The notes: a model not told the origin generated them from the letters alone. 64,000 nucleotides of DNA from a bacterium (GCA_965205865.1 CBDBHR010000030.1:352001-416000), one strand, 5' to 3'; positions 42,911 through 53,443 are shown, numbered from the stretch's first letter. Numbers and translations are program-made.

Positions 42911-43225
42911 CGTCATTGCCACCCCTCTTTTGTCATTGCGAGCCCTGATTCTATTGTCCCGACTCGGAAGTTCGTTGCATAAATCGCATCATGTTCCGGA
43001 GTGGGCCTGTGGTTCGACAGGCTCACCACGAACGGGAAAATCCAACACCCCGTGAACGGGAAAATCCAATACTCCGTTCGCCCTGAGCCCGTGGAAGGGC
43101 CGCCGAAGGCTTTCTCTTTGTTAAGCGCACTTCTGAGACAATAGACTATCGGGGCTTCGTCAAGTTCCTTCACTGCCTCTTCGCTGCACTCAGAGCTTCG
43201 GTTCAGGACAAGCCTCGCAATGACA
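42911..43225. repeat. Cluster of REP-like palindromes
   Basis: GTCATTGCGAG...CTCGCAATGAC enclosing TTCGACAGGCTCACCACGAACGG...CCGTTCGCCCTGAGCC; internal duplication of GAACGGGAAAATCCAA. Confidence 0.6.
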
Positions 43226-43258
43226 GTAAGAAAGGCCCCCTCTCATTATTCAATGAGT

Positions 43259-43299
43259 AAGGGAGCTGGGAAGCTTGCAAGCTTCCCAGCTCCCTTTTT
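43259..43299. terminator. Perfect 38-bp palindrome: terminator or mRNA-stabilising hairpin after the SBP gene
   Basis: AAGGGAGCTGGGAAGCTTGCAAGCTTCCCAGCTCCCTT, T-run on the + strand only. Confidence 0.65.
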
Positions 43300-43329
43300 C
43301 CATGAGGTCAGCCACAAGGGGTGAAACCC

Positions 43330-45096
43330 CTAATGACCCATTTCTTTCTTCAGATCCTGATCGATCCAGAGGCGGCCGAAGATTTGATTCTTAGAAAGGT
43401 ATCCCAACCCGAATTCACCGTTGTAACCTTTGACCCACGGCCAGATCGCGTCAAATACTGGATTCATAAGACTCCAGACAGCCCAGTGCCTCTCTACCGC
43501 GTACATATCCATCGCTTTAACCAGCCTCTGCTGCTCCTCGATGGTGGTCGCCGCCCCGGCGGCTTCAAACATGGCTTCGTAATCCGGGTCGTTCACTGCG
43601 GAGGTGTTCCATGAAACGGCGGACGTATAGCGGCCCGGAGGATTGAGAGGATCAGCCGCACTCCCATAGGCCATTTCGTGAGAGATCATTTCGAAATCAC
43701 CGGCTCTTCTTATAGTGACAAATGGAGCTATTGGCTGTACCTGAACCTCGACATCAACGCCAATCTTATTCCAGTATGAAGCGAGTAATTCTGTAAAGTT
43801 CGCATCGTACCGGTCGAGGTGGATATAGACGGTCTTGAACCGAATGCCGTCGGCGCCGCGAGGTAATCCCGCGGCATCAAGCAACGCCTCTGCCCCTGCC
43901 GGGTCATAGTCATAGACTTTCTTGAGCTCTTCGGGCCACTCTTCAAATGGGATGAAATACCCCATCATACCATCCCCTACCTGCCCGTGAGGCGTGGTAT
44001 CTCCATAACCCTTAAAGAAGGCATCTTGAATTGTCTCAAGGTCGAGTGCCATCTGCATTGCCTTGCGCACCCTGATATCGGTAAAGGGCGGCTTATTCAC
44101 GTTAAGACCAGTAGAATTGGTCGACGCAAGGGCAATCGTCCATATCACGAGTTCGGGGTTGGTCTTCTGGAGGCTCTCTACCTGGTCGACAGTCCTTATA
44201 TTACGGAGTAAATCAAGCTTACCCGTGCGCAGTGCCGCCAGAGATGTTGCCACTTCTGGCATAATCGGGGCCCTTATCCCGTCAACATAGGGCAGTCGGT
44301 TCTGCGGGTATTTTTCGTCGTAGCCCCAGTAGTCGGGATTCTTGGTCCACGTAATAGAGCTTCCCTCGACCCAGTCAGTCAGCATAAAGGGTCCGGTACC
44401 GACCAGGTTCCTCCAATCACTAGCGTCGCCGTATTGCTCGATTACCTCGGGGGGGTATATCCAAGCAAGCCAGTCGTCGAGGATACCAGCCAGTGCCTGC
44501 AGGTGTGGCTTCTTCAGCTTAAAAACAACCGTCCATTTATCGGTGGCTTCTATCGATTCGAATGACATAGTTTTGAGAAGCTGAGATTTGGGGCTGAGTT
44601 CGGTGAAGCCGCTGCCCAGACCCATCATGCGGTGAAAGTTATATTCGACATCCTTGGCAGTCAGCTCCCGACCGTTCATCGGTGCCTTATCGTGCCAGTG
44701 AACGCCCTGACGGATGTTGAGGATGATCGTTAGTGGGTCGGGCTGTTCCCAGCTTTCAGCCAGCTGCCCCGTCATGGCAAATACAGGCGCGTTGAGACCT
44801 ACGAAGCCAAATTCGTCCCTATCTATTCCCCAGTTCGGGAAGCCTATCTTCTCTAAAACACCATCGACGAATCCTGCCCCCCAGGCACCAGCGGCCACGA
44901 CGTCAGCATTCTTAAACTCTTCCTTCCGGGCGAAGGTCAATGTCCCGCCATATCGTGGGGCCTCCACCATCTCCCCGGTAGTGGGATCGGTCACGTACTT
45001 GGCTGCCCAGACCTGGCCAGCCATGAAGACGCTTGCTCCCATGATGAGAGCCAGCAGGGTTGCGCTCAATTTTGAGCTGCTTTTTAGATTAAACAT
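43330..45096 (-). CDS. Peptide ABC transporter substrate-binding protein (family 5)
   Basis: Signal peptide MFNLK...VWA, PRYGGTL, LAESWEQPD, VGTGPFML, DIRVRKAMQMALD. The frame stays open upstream to ATG 45303. Confidence 0.92.
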   Translation of the reverse strand: MFNLKSSSKLSATLLALIMGASVFMAGQVWAAKYVTDPTTGEMVEAPRYGGTLTFARKEEFKNADVVAAGAWGAGFVDGVLEKIGFPNWGIDRDEFGFVGLNAPVFAMTGQLAESWEQPDPLTIILNIRQGVHWHDKAPMNGRELTAKDVEYNFHRMMGLGSGFTELSPKSQLLKTMSFESIEATDKWTVVFKLKKPHLQALAGILDDWLAWIYPPEVIEQYGDASDWRNLVGTGPFMLTDWVEGSSITWTKNPDYWGYDEKYPQNRLPYVDGIRAPIMPEVATSLAALRTGKLDLLRNIRTVDQVESLQKTNPELVIWTIALASTNSTGLNVNKPPFTDIRVRKAMQMALDLETIQDAFFKGYGDTTPHGQVGDGMMGYFIPFEEWPEELKKVYDYDPAGAEALLDAAGLPRGADGIRFKTVYIHLDRYDANFTELLASYWNKIGVDVEVQVQPIAPFVTIRRAGDFEMISHEMAYGSAADPLNPPGRYTSAVSWNTSAVNDPDYEAMFEAAGAATTIEEQQRLVKAMDMYAVERHWAVWSLMNPVFDAIWPWVKGYNGEFGLGYLSKNQIFGRLWIDQDLKKEMGH

Positions 45097-45527
45097 ACGA
45101 GATTCTCCGTTTGGATGTTTAAAAATATTAAGGATTGATTTGAAACCTGCCTTCATTCCCAAAAGCACGTTCTCGACGAGTCCTCTACTTTTTTGACGGT
45201 TCAAGGTGCTCCTTTCTGCTTTTTGATTAAAAACAAGATTGCGGGTTGCTTTAAAACCTGCTTTCGTCCCCGAAAGCACGTTCTCGACGATTGCTCTACA
45301 CATTGGGTCTCCTTCATTTTCAAGTGATCAAAAAACCGATTCATTGGCTCCAGGATTGGGCAATGAACCATAAACCGACGCACTCAGGCGCCGATGATTT
45401 TCCAAATTCCCCATTGCCGTTCCGTTCCCGGAACGAGTCATCTTAAGGATCTCTTCCTGATGTCGAGATAATATAAGGGGGTAGAACTTGGGATTGGGGA
45501 CTTGTGACTTGTTGCTTAGAACTTATT

Positions 45528-45581
45528 ACTGGGAACTGGGAACTGGGAACTGGGAACTGGGAACTGGGAACTGGGAACTGG
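45528..45581. repeat. Heptamer tandem repeat (ACTGGGA)7 plus ACTGG
   Basis: Counted directly; degenerate heptamers precede it from about 45486. Confidence 0.95.
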
Positions 45582-45587
45582 CTTTTA

Positions 45588-45617
45588 AGTTTACTCTCAT
45601 AACTACCTCATTGTCAA
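45588..45617 (-). promoter_or_regulatory. Putative sigma70 promoter for the peptide ABC genes
   Basis: Minus strand TTGACA-N18-TAAACT. Confidence 0.5.
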
Positions 45618-46013
45618 GATGTTTTTTACTTGAAACAAGTTAATTTCAGACTTTCATGTCATCCTGACGATTTGCCCAAACAGGTGTACCGAAAGCGGCA
45701 ATGCGAAGGATCTCATTATTGCTCTTTCGTCTCTGGAATAAAATATTATAATCGCTCTGCAAATGTATCAAGATTTTTTTATACATGGCGACTCATTCAT
45801 TCATGAGTGTATTCTTATGATCAACGAAAATACTTTTTCATGTTGAGATACAGAAGTCAACATTTTTGGCACTTTTCAATTCCAAGTTGACAGTTTCTAA
45901 AAATCCTCTGGTGATGATATGATGTTTTACATGACTTTCGGCTAAAATATTAGCGAAATTGAAATAAAACCTTCAGGCAAAGGCGATTTCTTGAAAACTA
46001 TCACAAAAGAACG

Positions 46014-46393
46014 ATGATGGCAATATCCTGGTAGATTTCATTATCCCCTTCAGTATCCTCTCTATATAACAATATTTAGAGGAGGTCAATCGATTTTTTT
46101 TTGCTCACCTTAATTCCTCAGGGGCGAGTGCTGGTTTCATCCTGGACTTGATCCTCGCTGCTCTCTATGATGGCAAAATCCTGGTAGATTTCATTATCCC
46201 CTTCAGTATCCTACCATCCGACGATATTTCAAAACGTGTCTAAGATACATGACTTTCGCTCTCAGAATAGCGAAGGCATCCTTGCAGCACAATATAAAAA
46301 TATTTAGAGGATGTCAATAGATTTATTTTGCTCATCTTAACTCCTCAGTGGCGAGTGCTTGTGTCATCCTGGACTTGATCCTCGCTGCTCTCT
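46014..46393. repeat. Interleaved direct repeats (A-B-A'-B')
   Basis: ~46-bp A (ATGATGGCAA.ATCCTGGTAG...CAGTATCCT) at ~46014 and ~46167; ~95-bp B (AATATTTAGAGGA...GCTGCTCTCT) at ~46071 and ~46299. Confidence 0.8.
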
Positions 46394-46591
46394 GTGTCAG
46401 TCCTTGAAAATACGGGGCAATCCTGCCCTTCCCGGAACGAAAAGCATGGGATTCAGAGCAAATCATTTCAATGACTGATGAGCACTCGGCACGCGTGAGA
46501 TATGAAAATAATCTGGATTAATTGTCAGTCAATCAATCCAATTATTGGAACAATTTTTGTGGTAAGTCAGGAATCTTCAGGATGTTTTTAA

Positions 46592-48343
46592 CCTAAGTTG
46601 AGCGATTCGTAATAAAAAAAGCTCCCAACCTTGGGAAAAATGTGTTATATTTCAGTGGTTAAAATAAAAAAATTCACAAAATCTAACACAACCCAACAGG
46701 TAGAGAGCTTTATGGAAAAAAATATAACAGTTCAGGATAAAAAGAAACAGATAATTGATGCCATTCAGCCAACCGATGAACACTTGACAAGTCGTGCCGG
46801 ATTGGCCTTGTTTGCCCAGTATCTGCAAAGCATTCGGCTGATGCCGATCATCGAAAGGTTGTTTGGTTCGATGCGTAAAAATAAAAAAGGAATTGCTGTC
46901 TCTGATTTTTTTGCGCAGATCCTCTGTTTTTTCATGGACGGCAGCAGCCGTCATCTCAGTTGGTTCGATCACCTCAAAAGGGGCGAGGGTTATGCCGCCT
47001 TGCTGTCATGCAGTGAGCAAGACCTTGCCTCCTCGCATGCCGTGAAAAGATTTTTTGGAAAGTTCTCTTTTGTACGAGTCTACCTGTTTCGTCATCTGCT
47101 GCAGATACTGTTTATCTGGAGACTGAAGAAGACTTGTCCAACGGTGATTGTGTTGGGTCTGGATTCGATGGTACTTGATAATGATGATGCCCTGAAACGC
47201 CATGGTGTCCAGCCGACTTACAAGATGGTCAAAGGATTTCATCCCCTGCAGATGAATTGGGGTCGTTATATGGTTGACGCAGTTTTTCGCGGAGGTAGCA
47301 AACATTCGAATCACGGGAAAACTGTTCAGAATATGCTGGTTCATATCGTGAAAAGGATTCGCCGCCAATACCGAGATGATGTACCAATCATGGTGCGCAT
47401 GGACACCGGTTTTTTTGACGAAAAAATCTTTGAAACCTGTGAACGACTGAACATCGGTTAGCTGAAGCGGAGGAAAGTCCTATGCCAATGTGAGGAATGC
47501 TGCGGAAGAAGCCACTGACTGGCAGACCTTCACTTCATCGGGCAAGAAGGAGATCTGGCAGTACACCGAGTTTAAGAGCCAGCAGGGGACATGGAAGAAG
47601 GCTCGTCGCACGATCTACAGCCGCTTGATTGAACACGATAGCCAACTCTCTTTGCCGGGTTTGGATCATGATGGCGTGATCATTACGAACCTTGGTATGG
47701 GAGAGGCCATTGATGGCCAACTCAGCCAAGCCGCTGAAGAAAAGCGCATCGATGCTCATAGCATCCTTGGCTCGTACCACGGACGGGGAAAGGATGAACT
47801 GGCCAACCGGGCGCTGAAAAACTTTGGTCATCAACAACTTCCCTTCAAGGACTTCATTTCCAATACCGCATGGTACTATCTGATGCTGGTTGGCAATAAC
47901 CTCTTCGAATCCTTCAAAGAAGATGTCAGCAAGCCAGTGATTGCGGTAACGATGTATGCTGATACCTTCCGGCGCCAGTTTCTTGATACGGCAGGCAAAC
48001 TGCTTCGTCATGCCGGAAAACTGATCTTGAAAATACCAAAAAAGACCTTTGAGCGCTTGCAATTGGACCAACTATTTGCCACCTGCCAGCACGCATTGGC
48101 GCCAATCTGATCAACGGGTTTCGCTTCAATTAAAAAACAAAAACATTAAAGTTTAAGGGGATAAGTGCGTCCAAAACATGAGAAATGAAGACCTTCCACA
48201 TCTGAAAACAGCATTTTGATGCTCATTCTCACTCAAACATCCATGGATTTGATGATCAAAATCTGATTTCAGAATGATTGCCTTTCTCAGGCAAAAAAAT
48301 CATCTTGAAAATCTGATCCTTTTTTAGAATCGCTCAATTTGGG
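46592..48343 (+). mobile_element. Second, distinct IS1380-family element
   Basis: TIRs CCTAAGTTGAGCGATTC / GAATCGCTCAATTTGGG (15/17 match); no clear TSD. Confidence 0.85.
46712..48110 (+). pseudogene. IS1380 transposase with a premature TAG (47459-47461) and frameshift
   Basis: LTSRAGL, GLDSMVLDND, GFHPL, RMDTGFFD, then YHGRGKDELANRALK in the next frame. Confidence 0.85.
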
Positions 48344-48399
48344 AATTTGATTGTCACCAAGACTGAGAAGATCAGCCTGCGCGCCAATAAAAGAAGCAA

Positions 48400-48740
48400 C
48401 CAGACTTTCAGCAGATTTTGTCAAATCTCAAAACAGGTCCCGATGACGTGAAGGCTTTTCTGTTCACGGGTGGTTTGACTGATCCCAGGAAAACCGACTT
48501 TCATTTCGAGTATATGGGCCAAGACAAACGCAATCATCGCTACTTCCCCGACTTTGCGCTTGTGAAAAAGACAAGGGAGTTTTATTTTGTCGAAGTCAAG
48601 GCCGAGAACGAGAGCGGTGATAAAACGGTGGAAGCAAAGCAAAAAGCGGTGGAAAGGCTTCAAAATTTGCAACCGGATAAATTCAAGTACCACGTCGTTT
48701 ATACGTTAGCAATCAAGACAAGCGCAGAGAAATTGAAACA
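48400..48740 (+). pseudogene. C-terminal endonuclease-domain fragment of a type III-like restriction enzyme
   Basis: FTGGLTDP.KTDFHFEY...YFPDF...VEVKA. Confidence 0.65.
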
Positions 48741-48973
48741 GATGAGGCGCAAAACTTTTCGGGCCGTCATCGTCTTGCAGAGCATTGCAACGGCCCCCTC
48801 CGCAGGCAGAGCCTCGATCAACCGGATCAACATCCACTCGGCGATGTCAAAATTGGACTTTCCGGTGCGCGCATCAAACCCTCGTAAGCCCTGAAAATTC
48901 ATCTTCCTGGGAAGGTTCTGACTCCTCAGAAGACCCAGATCAGAGTTGGTAACCCAAGGGGGATTGCCTATGA

Positions 48974-50669
48974 CCTAAATCCTGCAATTAGATGACAATC
49001 AAACATGGAAATGGTAATATACTCAAATAGTTAACAGCAGAATCAACATTTTAAGAGATCACCATTACCATGAAAAACAAACGTAGCGCAAGATCGGCAA
49101 GAACGACAGCAAAAAACATCCATATCAGCCAGGGAGGCAGAGACCTGACCGCGCAAGCAGGCTTGATTCCGGTTGTCAAATTTTTTCACAAAGAAGGGAT
49201 TGTTTCAAAGACAGAGCAGACCGTAGATCATCGGCGTGGCGCCACGGGTCTTTATGACGCGGTGGACATGGTCATTTTGTCGGTGGTCGGCATTGTTGGT
49301 GGCGCCCGTTCGATTCGTTCGATTGTGACAGTTTGGAACGACCGTGTTTTGAGTCGTGTGGCCGGTTGGCTGAGGATTCCGGATGAAACCACATTCGGCC
49401 GGATACTGCGTACTTTCACACAGAAAAACATCAATGAGATGGAGAGCTTGAACCATCGGATTCGAGCCGGTATCTGGCGTAAGGCGCTTCGAAGTGGGAC
49501 AAGCATCGTTGGGGTGTTACACTGTCTTGTGATTGACGTGGACTCCACTGTGAAAACGGCCTACGGCAAGCAGCAAGGAGTGTCTGTCGGATATAATCCC
49601 CACAAACGCGGTGCAGCTTCGTATCATCCTCTGCTGGCATTTTGCGCAGAGACAAAGGAGATTCTTCAGGGTTGGCTTCGTGATGGGAGTGCCTATACCA
49701 GCAATGGAGTCGTTGAATTCATGCGGCAACTTCTCGCTCACCTTCCAAATCGGACTCGCACTCTGTTTCGTGGAGACAGTGGTTTTTTTGTGGGGGATTT
49801 GCTGGATTTCCTCGAAGAACGAGGCCATGGCTATCTGATCAAGGTCAAACTCAAGGGGCTTGTCTCGTTGTTGGAAACCCAAAAATGGCAAAAAGTGAAG
49901 GGGCAGCCCGCTTGGGAAGGGTGTGAGTTTTCCCACCAATGTGAAACTTGGAGGAGGTCAAGAAAATTCATGGCCGTACGCAGGGAGAAAGAGGAGGAAC
50001 TCAAAGGGATGGCCACCCTCTTTGAGATGAAGGAGTACGATTATTTTTGTTATGTTCTCACTGACGCGCTCACTCCCTGGCAGGCTCACAAAGAGTATGG
50101 CCAAAGGGCGGTCGCTGAGACATGGATTGAGGAAGCAAAAAATCAAACTGCGCTGGCTCAGATTAAAACCGACGATTTTTGGGCCAACAGTGCCTTGTTC
50201 CAATGCGCGATACTCGCTTACAACACGCTGCGCTGGATGGCCCTTTGTAGTGGTAACGCAATACTGCGCCGTTGGGAACCGGCCACCATGCGCACCTATC
50301 TTGTCCGAATGGCAGGAAAATGGACGAGTGGCGCTCGTCAACAAAAACTGAGAGTTCCGGAAAGAACACTTTACAATGCTCAATGGGATGCATGGGTCGC
50401 TGTTGGAGAGACCTGGAACCTTTGTTTCACTCCAGTGGATACATTTTGCTGAGATGTAGATTCCCAAATCCAGGGAGAAGTACGTCTTGAATCTTGTGCC
50501 CGCGAAAGCGGGTATCAGATCATCACAAAATATGACGATCTAATGGAGGGCGGAAAAACCTTTATGAGCAAGGACTGATGGAAATTCAACTCTCAAATCC
50601 TTTTTTTTAAAAAAACCTCTCAAAGAGTGGGGGGAAACTCAATCAAAATATTCAATTGCAGGATTTAGG
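48974..50669 (+). mobile_element. IS1380-family insertion sequence, copy 2 (1696 bp)
   Basis: Same TIRs as copy 1, inverted orientation; TSD TATGA. Confidence 0.93.
49070..50452 (+). CDS. IS1380-family DDE transposase
   Basis: Differs from copy 1 at two residues (G5R and I/N near the C-terminus). Confidence 0.93.
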   Translation: MKNKRSARSARTTAKNIHISQGGRDLTAQAGLIPVVKFFHKEGIVSKTEQTVDHRRGATGLYDAVDMVILSVVGIVGGARSIRSIVTVWNDRVLSRVAGWLRIPDETTFGRILRTFTQKNINEMESLNHRIRAGIWRKALRSGTSIVGVLHCLVIDVDSTVKTAYGKQQGVSVGYNPHKRGAASYHPLLAFCAETKEILQGWLRDGSAYTSNGVVEFMRQLLAHLPNRTRTLFRGDSGFFVGDLLDFLEERGHGYLIKVKLKGLVSLLETQKWQKVKGQPAWEGCEFSHQCETWRRSRKFMAVRREKEEELKGMATLFEMKEYDYFCYVLTDALTPWQAHKEYGQRAVAETWIEEAKNQTALAQIKTDDFWANSALFQCAILAYNTLRWMALCSGNAILRRWEPATMRTYLVRMAGKWTSGARQQKLRVPERTLYNAQWDAWVAVGETWNLCFTPVDTFC

Positions 50670-50986
50670 TATGACAAGGACCCTTTTCGCTCCGCTTCTG
50701 TTGAGATTGTGTTTCCAGTCCTCGGAGAAGAAATCGCGATGAAATAGCTCAACCCCAAGTCCTTCCAGGCGATTGCAAGCGAGGTCAACATATTGCCGGT
50801 TGACTTCATATCCCTCGTAGTGGCAATCCCGCCCCCATTGATCAACGGATGCTGCGAGAAAAGCTCCAAAACCCGCGGTTGGTTCCACGACCAGATCAGG
50901 AGTTCCGAAAATATCTGCCACCAGCATGGTAACCTTGTGGGCCAGACCATCGGGGGTCTGAAAATCTCCAAATTCCTTTTTAGCGC

Positions 50987-51052
50987 TCATAGTGCGTCGA
51001 TTCCCGTCACGATTCCTGCTTGTTGGATAACGCGTCTGTATTGCAGCCGCCA
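50987..51052 (-). pseudogene. C-terminal stub of the probable cognate restriction endonuclease
   Basis: WRLQYRRVIQQAGIVTGIDAL*, ATGA overlap with the MTase start. Confidence 0.45.
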
Positions 51053-51074
51053 AAATTTTATCAGGACTGCTCAG

Positions 51075-51225
51075 AATGGCATCAATTTTCTGTTTCTTTT
51101 TATCCTGTATTGTTGTATCTTTTTCCATAAAGCTCTCTACCTGCTGGGCCGTGTCAGATTTTGTCGTAATATTGTTTTTACTCACTGAAATATAATACAT
51201 TTTCCCTACGGATGAGAGTTCAGGC
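51075..51225 (-). mobile_element. Truncated 5' end of an IS1380 related to the element at 46592
   Basis: QQVESFMEKDTTIQDKKKQKIDAI versus QQVESFMEKNITVQDKKKQIIDAI. Confidence 0.75.
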
Positions 51226-51320
51226 ATTGTTACCACGTCCAAAACGAAGTCGACATTGAAGGAACTCTCCGAGGAAGCAAAGTCCATTTTGAAGGCCACG
51301 GTGATTAAGCAAGGAGCCCA

Positions 51321-52196
51321 ATGATGAAGCGCGTTTTATTCAGGTTATCCGTTTCCCCCGCCACTTGCGTTTTTCTCGCGATTCTTCTCGCGACGGCGGT
51401 TGTCGCCGAAGACAAGCCGGCTCTGCTCCTCGCTGAAAAATACAACCAGGATATTGACCTTGCCGCCTATTGGGTGAGCGAAAAACTGGACGGCGTGCGG
51501 GCGTTCTGGGACGGCAAACAGCTGAATTCACGTGGCGGCAACACCTTTGCGGCGCCATCGTGGTTTACCGCCGACTTCCCGTCTGTCGTACTGGATGGCG
51601 AGCTGTGGGTCGGGCGCGGGCAGTTTGAAGAGACGGCATCCATCGTATCCCGCCACACGCCGCACGACGGCTGGCGACAAGTGCGCTACATGGTCTTTGA
51701 CTTGCCCGAGGACCCCGGTATTTTTGATGAGCGGCTGCAAAATCTGCGGACCGCCGTCGCTGCATCGGCAAGCGAATTTCTCGCCGTCATCCCACAGCGC
51801 ATAGTTCCTGACCACAAGTCGCTGCTGGAAATGCTGGACACCGTCGTCGCCAAAGGCGGCGAAGGACTGATGCTGCATCGCGGCGATTCTCGCTACCATG
51901 GCGGGCGCAGCATGGATTTATTGAAACTGAAACGATTCGATGACGCGGAAGGAATCGTGATCGCCCACAATCCCGGCCAGGGAAGGCTCGCCGGGCTGAT
52001 AGGAAGTGTCACGGTGCGAACCGCGCAGGGCGCCATCATTAGAATCGGCAGCGGGTTTTCCGACGATGAGCGTAAGAATCCGCCGCCCATTGGCACTACC
52101 ATCACCTTCAAGCACCAGGGATTCACCGCCAAGGGCAAACCGCGGTTCCCGGTCTTCTTGCGCATTCGCGACGACGAGCCAGCGGGAAACAGATAA
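51321..52196 (+). CDS. Minimal ATP-dependent DNA ligase with N-terminal signal peptide (Lig E type)
   Basis: Hydrophobic leader ending AVVA; SEKLDGVR, LDGELW, VFDLP, EGLML, LLKLK, IGSGFSD, KPRFPVFLR. Confidence 0.9.
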   Translation: MMKRVLFRLSVSPATCVFLAILLATAVVAEDKPALLLAEKYNQDIDLAAYWVSEKLDGVRAFWDGKQLNSRGGNTFAAPSWFTADFPSVVLDGELWVGRGQFEETASIVSRHTPHDGWRQVRYMVFDLPEDPGIFDERLQNLRTAVAASASEFLAVIPQRIVPDHKSLLEMLDTVVAKGGEGLMLHRGDSRYHGGRSMDLLKLKRFDDAEGIVIAHNPGQGRLAGLIGSVTVRTAQGAIIRIGSGFSDDERKNPPPIGTTITFKHQGFTAKGKPRFPVFLRIRDDEPAGNR

Positions 52197-52742
52197 AGAT
52201 TCCTACCATCAGACTGTCGGCCTGAAGCACGGGATTTGTGGTCGCCCCTCCTTTTTGCGGATCTTCTCATTCAGTCACTTATCCATCAGGACGTTCCGCA
52301 GAATCGGCGCGAGAAATTTCAGCATGCCCTTGACGTGTTTGCGCCAGGCTCGATAAGTGACATTTTCGTCCAAGGGGACGTACGGGATCTCATCCACGGA
52401 GAGCTTTTTGAATCGGAAAGCGCCATATCACAAAAGAATTCGATGACCTGAGCAGCCCTAGAAAAATAGATCGAATTCGGTTCTTTACCTTGCTCTCGCC
52501 GGGGAACAGAGCAGCTACTGATTTCAAGAAGTTATGACGTGGAGCATTAGCGGAAAATCGCATTGACGATGTTCTATTTGAAAAAGTGGAAATTTAGCAG
52601 ACGAGCGTTTTTTGCTAAGCAGCTTCTAAGTTGAGAACTTTTTTATCACGATTCACACAAGCCTGGTTTAAATCGTGACTTGAAAGAATTTGTTAGAGAG
52701 ATTGTTGGAACTATAAACACCCAAGAATACAATGGAGGGATT

Positions 52743-53003
52743 ATGGCAAAAACCGCTACAATCACTGTGAAAATAAACGAAAAATTGAAACAAAATGCTG
52801 AACGAGTATTGAAGACTTTGGGAATCAATACTTCTCAAGTAATCACCATGCTTTATAAACAAATCGAGTTGCAACAAGGAATTCCTTTTCCGGTGAAAAT
52901 TCCGAATGAGGAAACGATTGAAGCCTTAGAAGACGTAATTGCCGAGAAAAACATGGATACCTTTGAGACGCTGGATGAGCTCTATAAGGATTTGGACATA
53001 TGA
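52743..53003 (+). CDS. dinJ: RelB/DinJ-family antitoxin
   Basis: GGAGG RBS; MAKTATITVKI...LGINTSQVI...GIPF...PNEETIEAL. Confidence 0.88.
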   Translation: MAKTATITVKINEKLKQNAERVLKTLGINTSQVITMLYKQIELQQGIPFPVKIPNEETIEALEDVIAEKNMDTFETLDELYKDLDI

Positions 53004-53275
53004 TCATAGAGATCCGGCGGCAGACAAAATTTAAAAAAGATATCAAACGACTGAAAAAACAAGGCAAGGATGTCACCTTATTAAAAGAGATCTTAGAACT
53101 GCTTTGCAAAGACGAACCGCTGGATAAAAAATATCTCTACCACCCATTAAAAGGGAATTATCAAAGATTTCGGGAATGCCATATCGAATCGGATTGGTTG
53201 TTAATCTATCAAAAATCTACAACCAAATTAATCCTAGTTCGCTCAGGTTCTCATGCGGAGCTTTTCAATATGTAA
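53000..53275 (+). CDS. yafQ: YafQ-family mRNA interferase toxin
   Basis: FKKDIK, HPLKG, RECHIESDWLLIY, RSGSHAELF. Confidence 0.92.
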   Translation: MIIEIRRQTKFKKDIKRLKKQGKDVTLLKEILELLCKDEPLDKKYLYHPLKGNYQRFRECHIESDWLLIYQKSTTKLILVRSGSHAELFNM

Positions 53276-53368
53276 GTCCTCATTTTGACACTGTTCACTC
53301 ATCATTCCCAAAAAGGGTTCAATCGAGTACATATCCATTTTATTTTATTGAACTTATAAAGATTTCAA

Positions 53369-53443
53369 TGTCATCCTAGCGCACGCGGAGATCCAGTTGG
53401 TATACTCCGAATCTCTGGATCCCGGATCAAGTCCGGGATGACA
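53369..53443. repeat. REP-like inverted pair
   Basis: TGTCATCC...GATCCAG...CTGGATCCCGGATCAAGTCCGGGATGACA. Confidence 0.65.

Larger units (their letters stand above)
48745..50990 (-). pseudogene. Type II amino-DNA methyltransferase interrupted by IS1380 copy 2 and truncated
   Basis: MSAKKEFGDFQTP...VEPTAGFGAF...KRVLVI | IS | GNPPWVTNS...GKSNFDIAEWML; reads through once the IS and one TSD are removed. Confidence 0.85.

Noticed and set aside
45528-46393. Repeats as a CRISPR array
   Set aside because: No constant repeat with unique equal-length spacers; no array is visible anywhere in the window.
50652-51299. 215-aa ORF as a single gene
   Set aside because: Chance read-through across unknown sequence, an IS1380 5' remnant, the MTase N-terminus and an IS end.
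52270-52450. Minus-strand frame ending ...KGMLKFLAPILRNVLMDK*
   Set aside because: Possibly a gene tail, but no family recognised; too weak to call.
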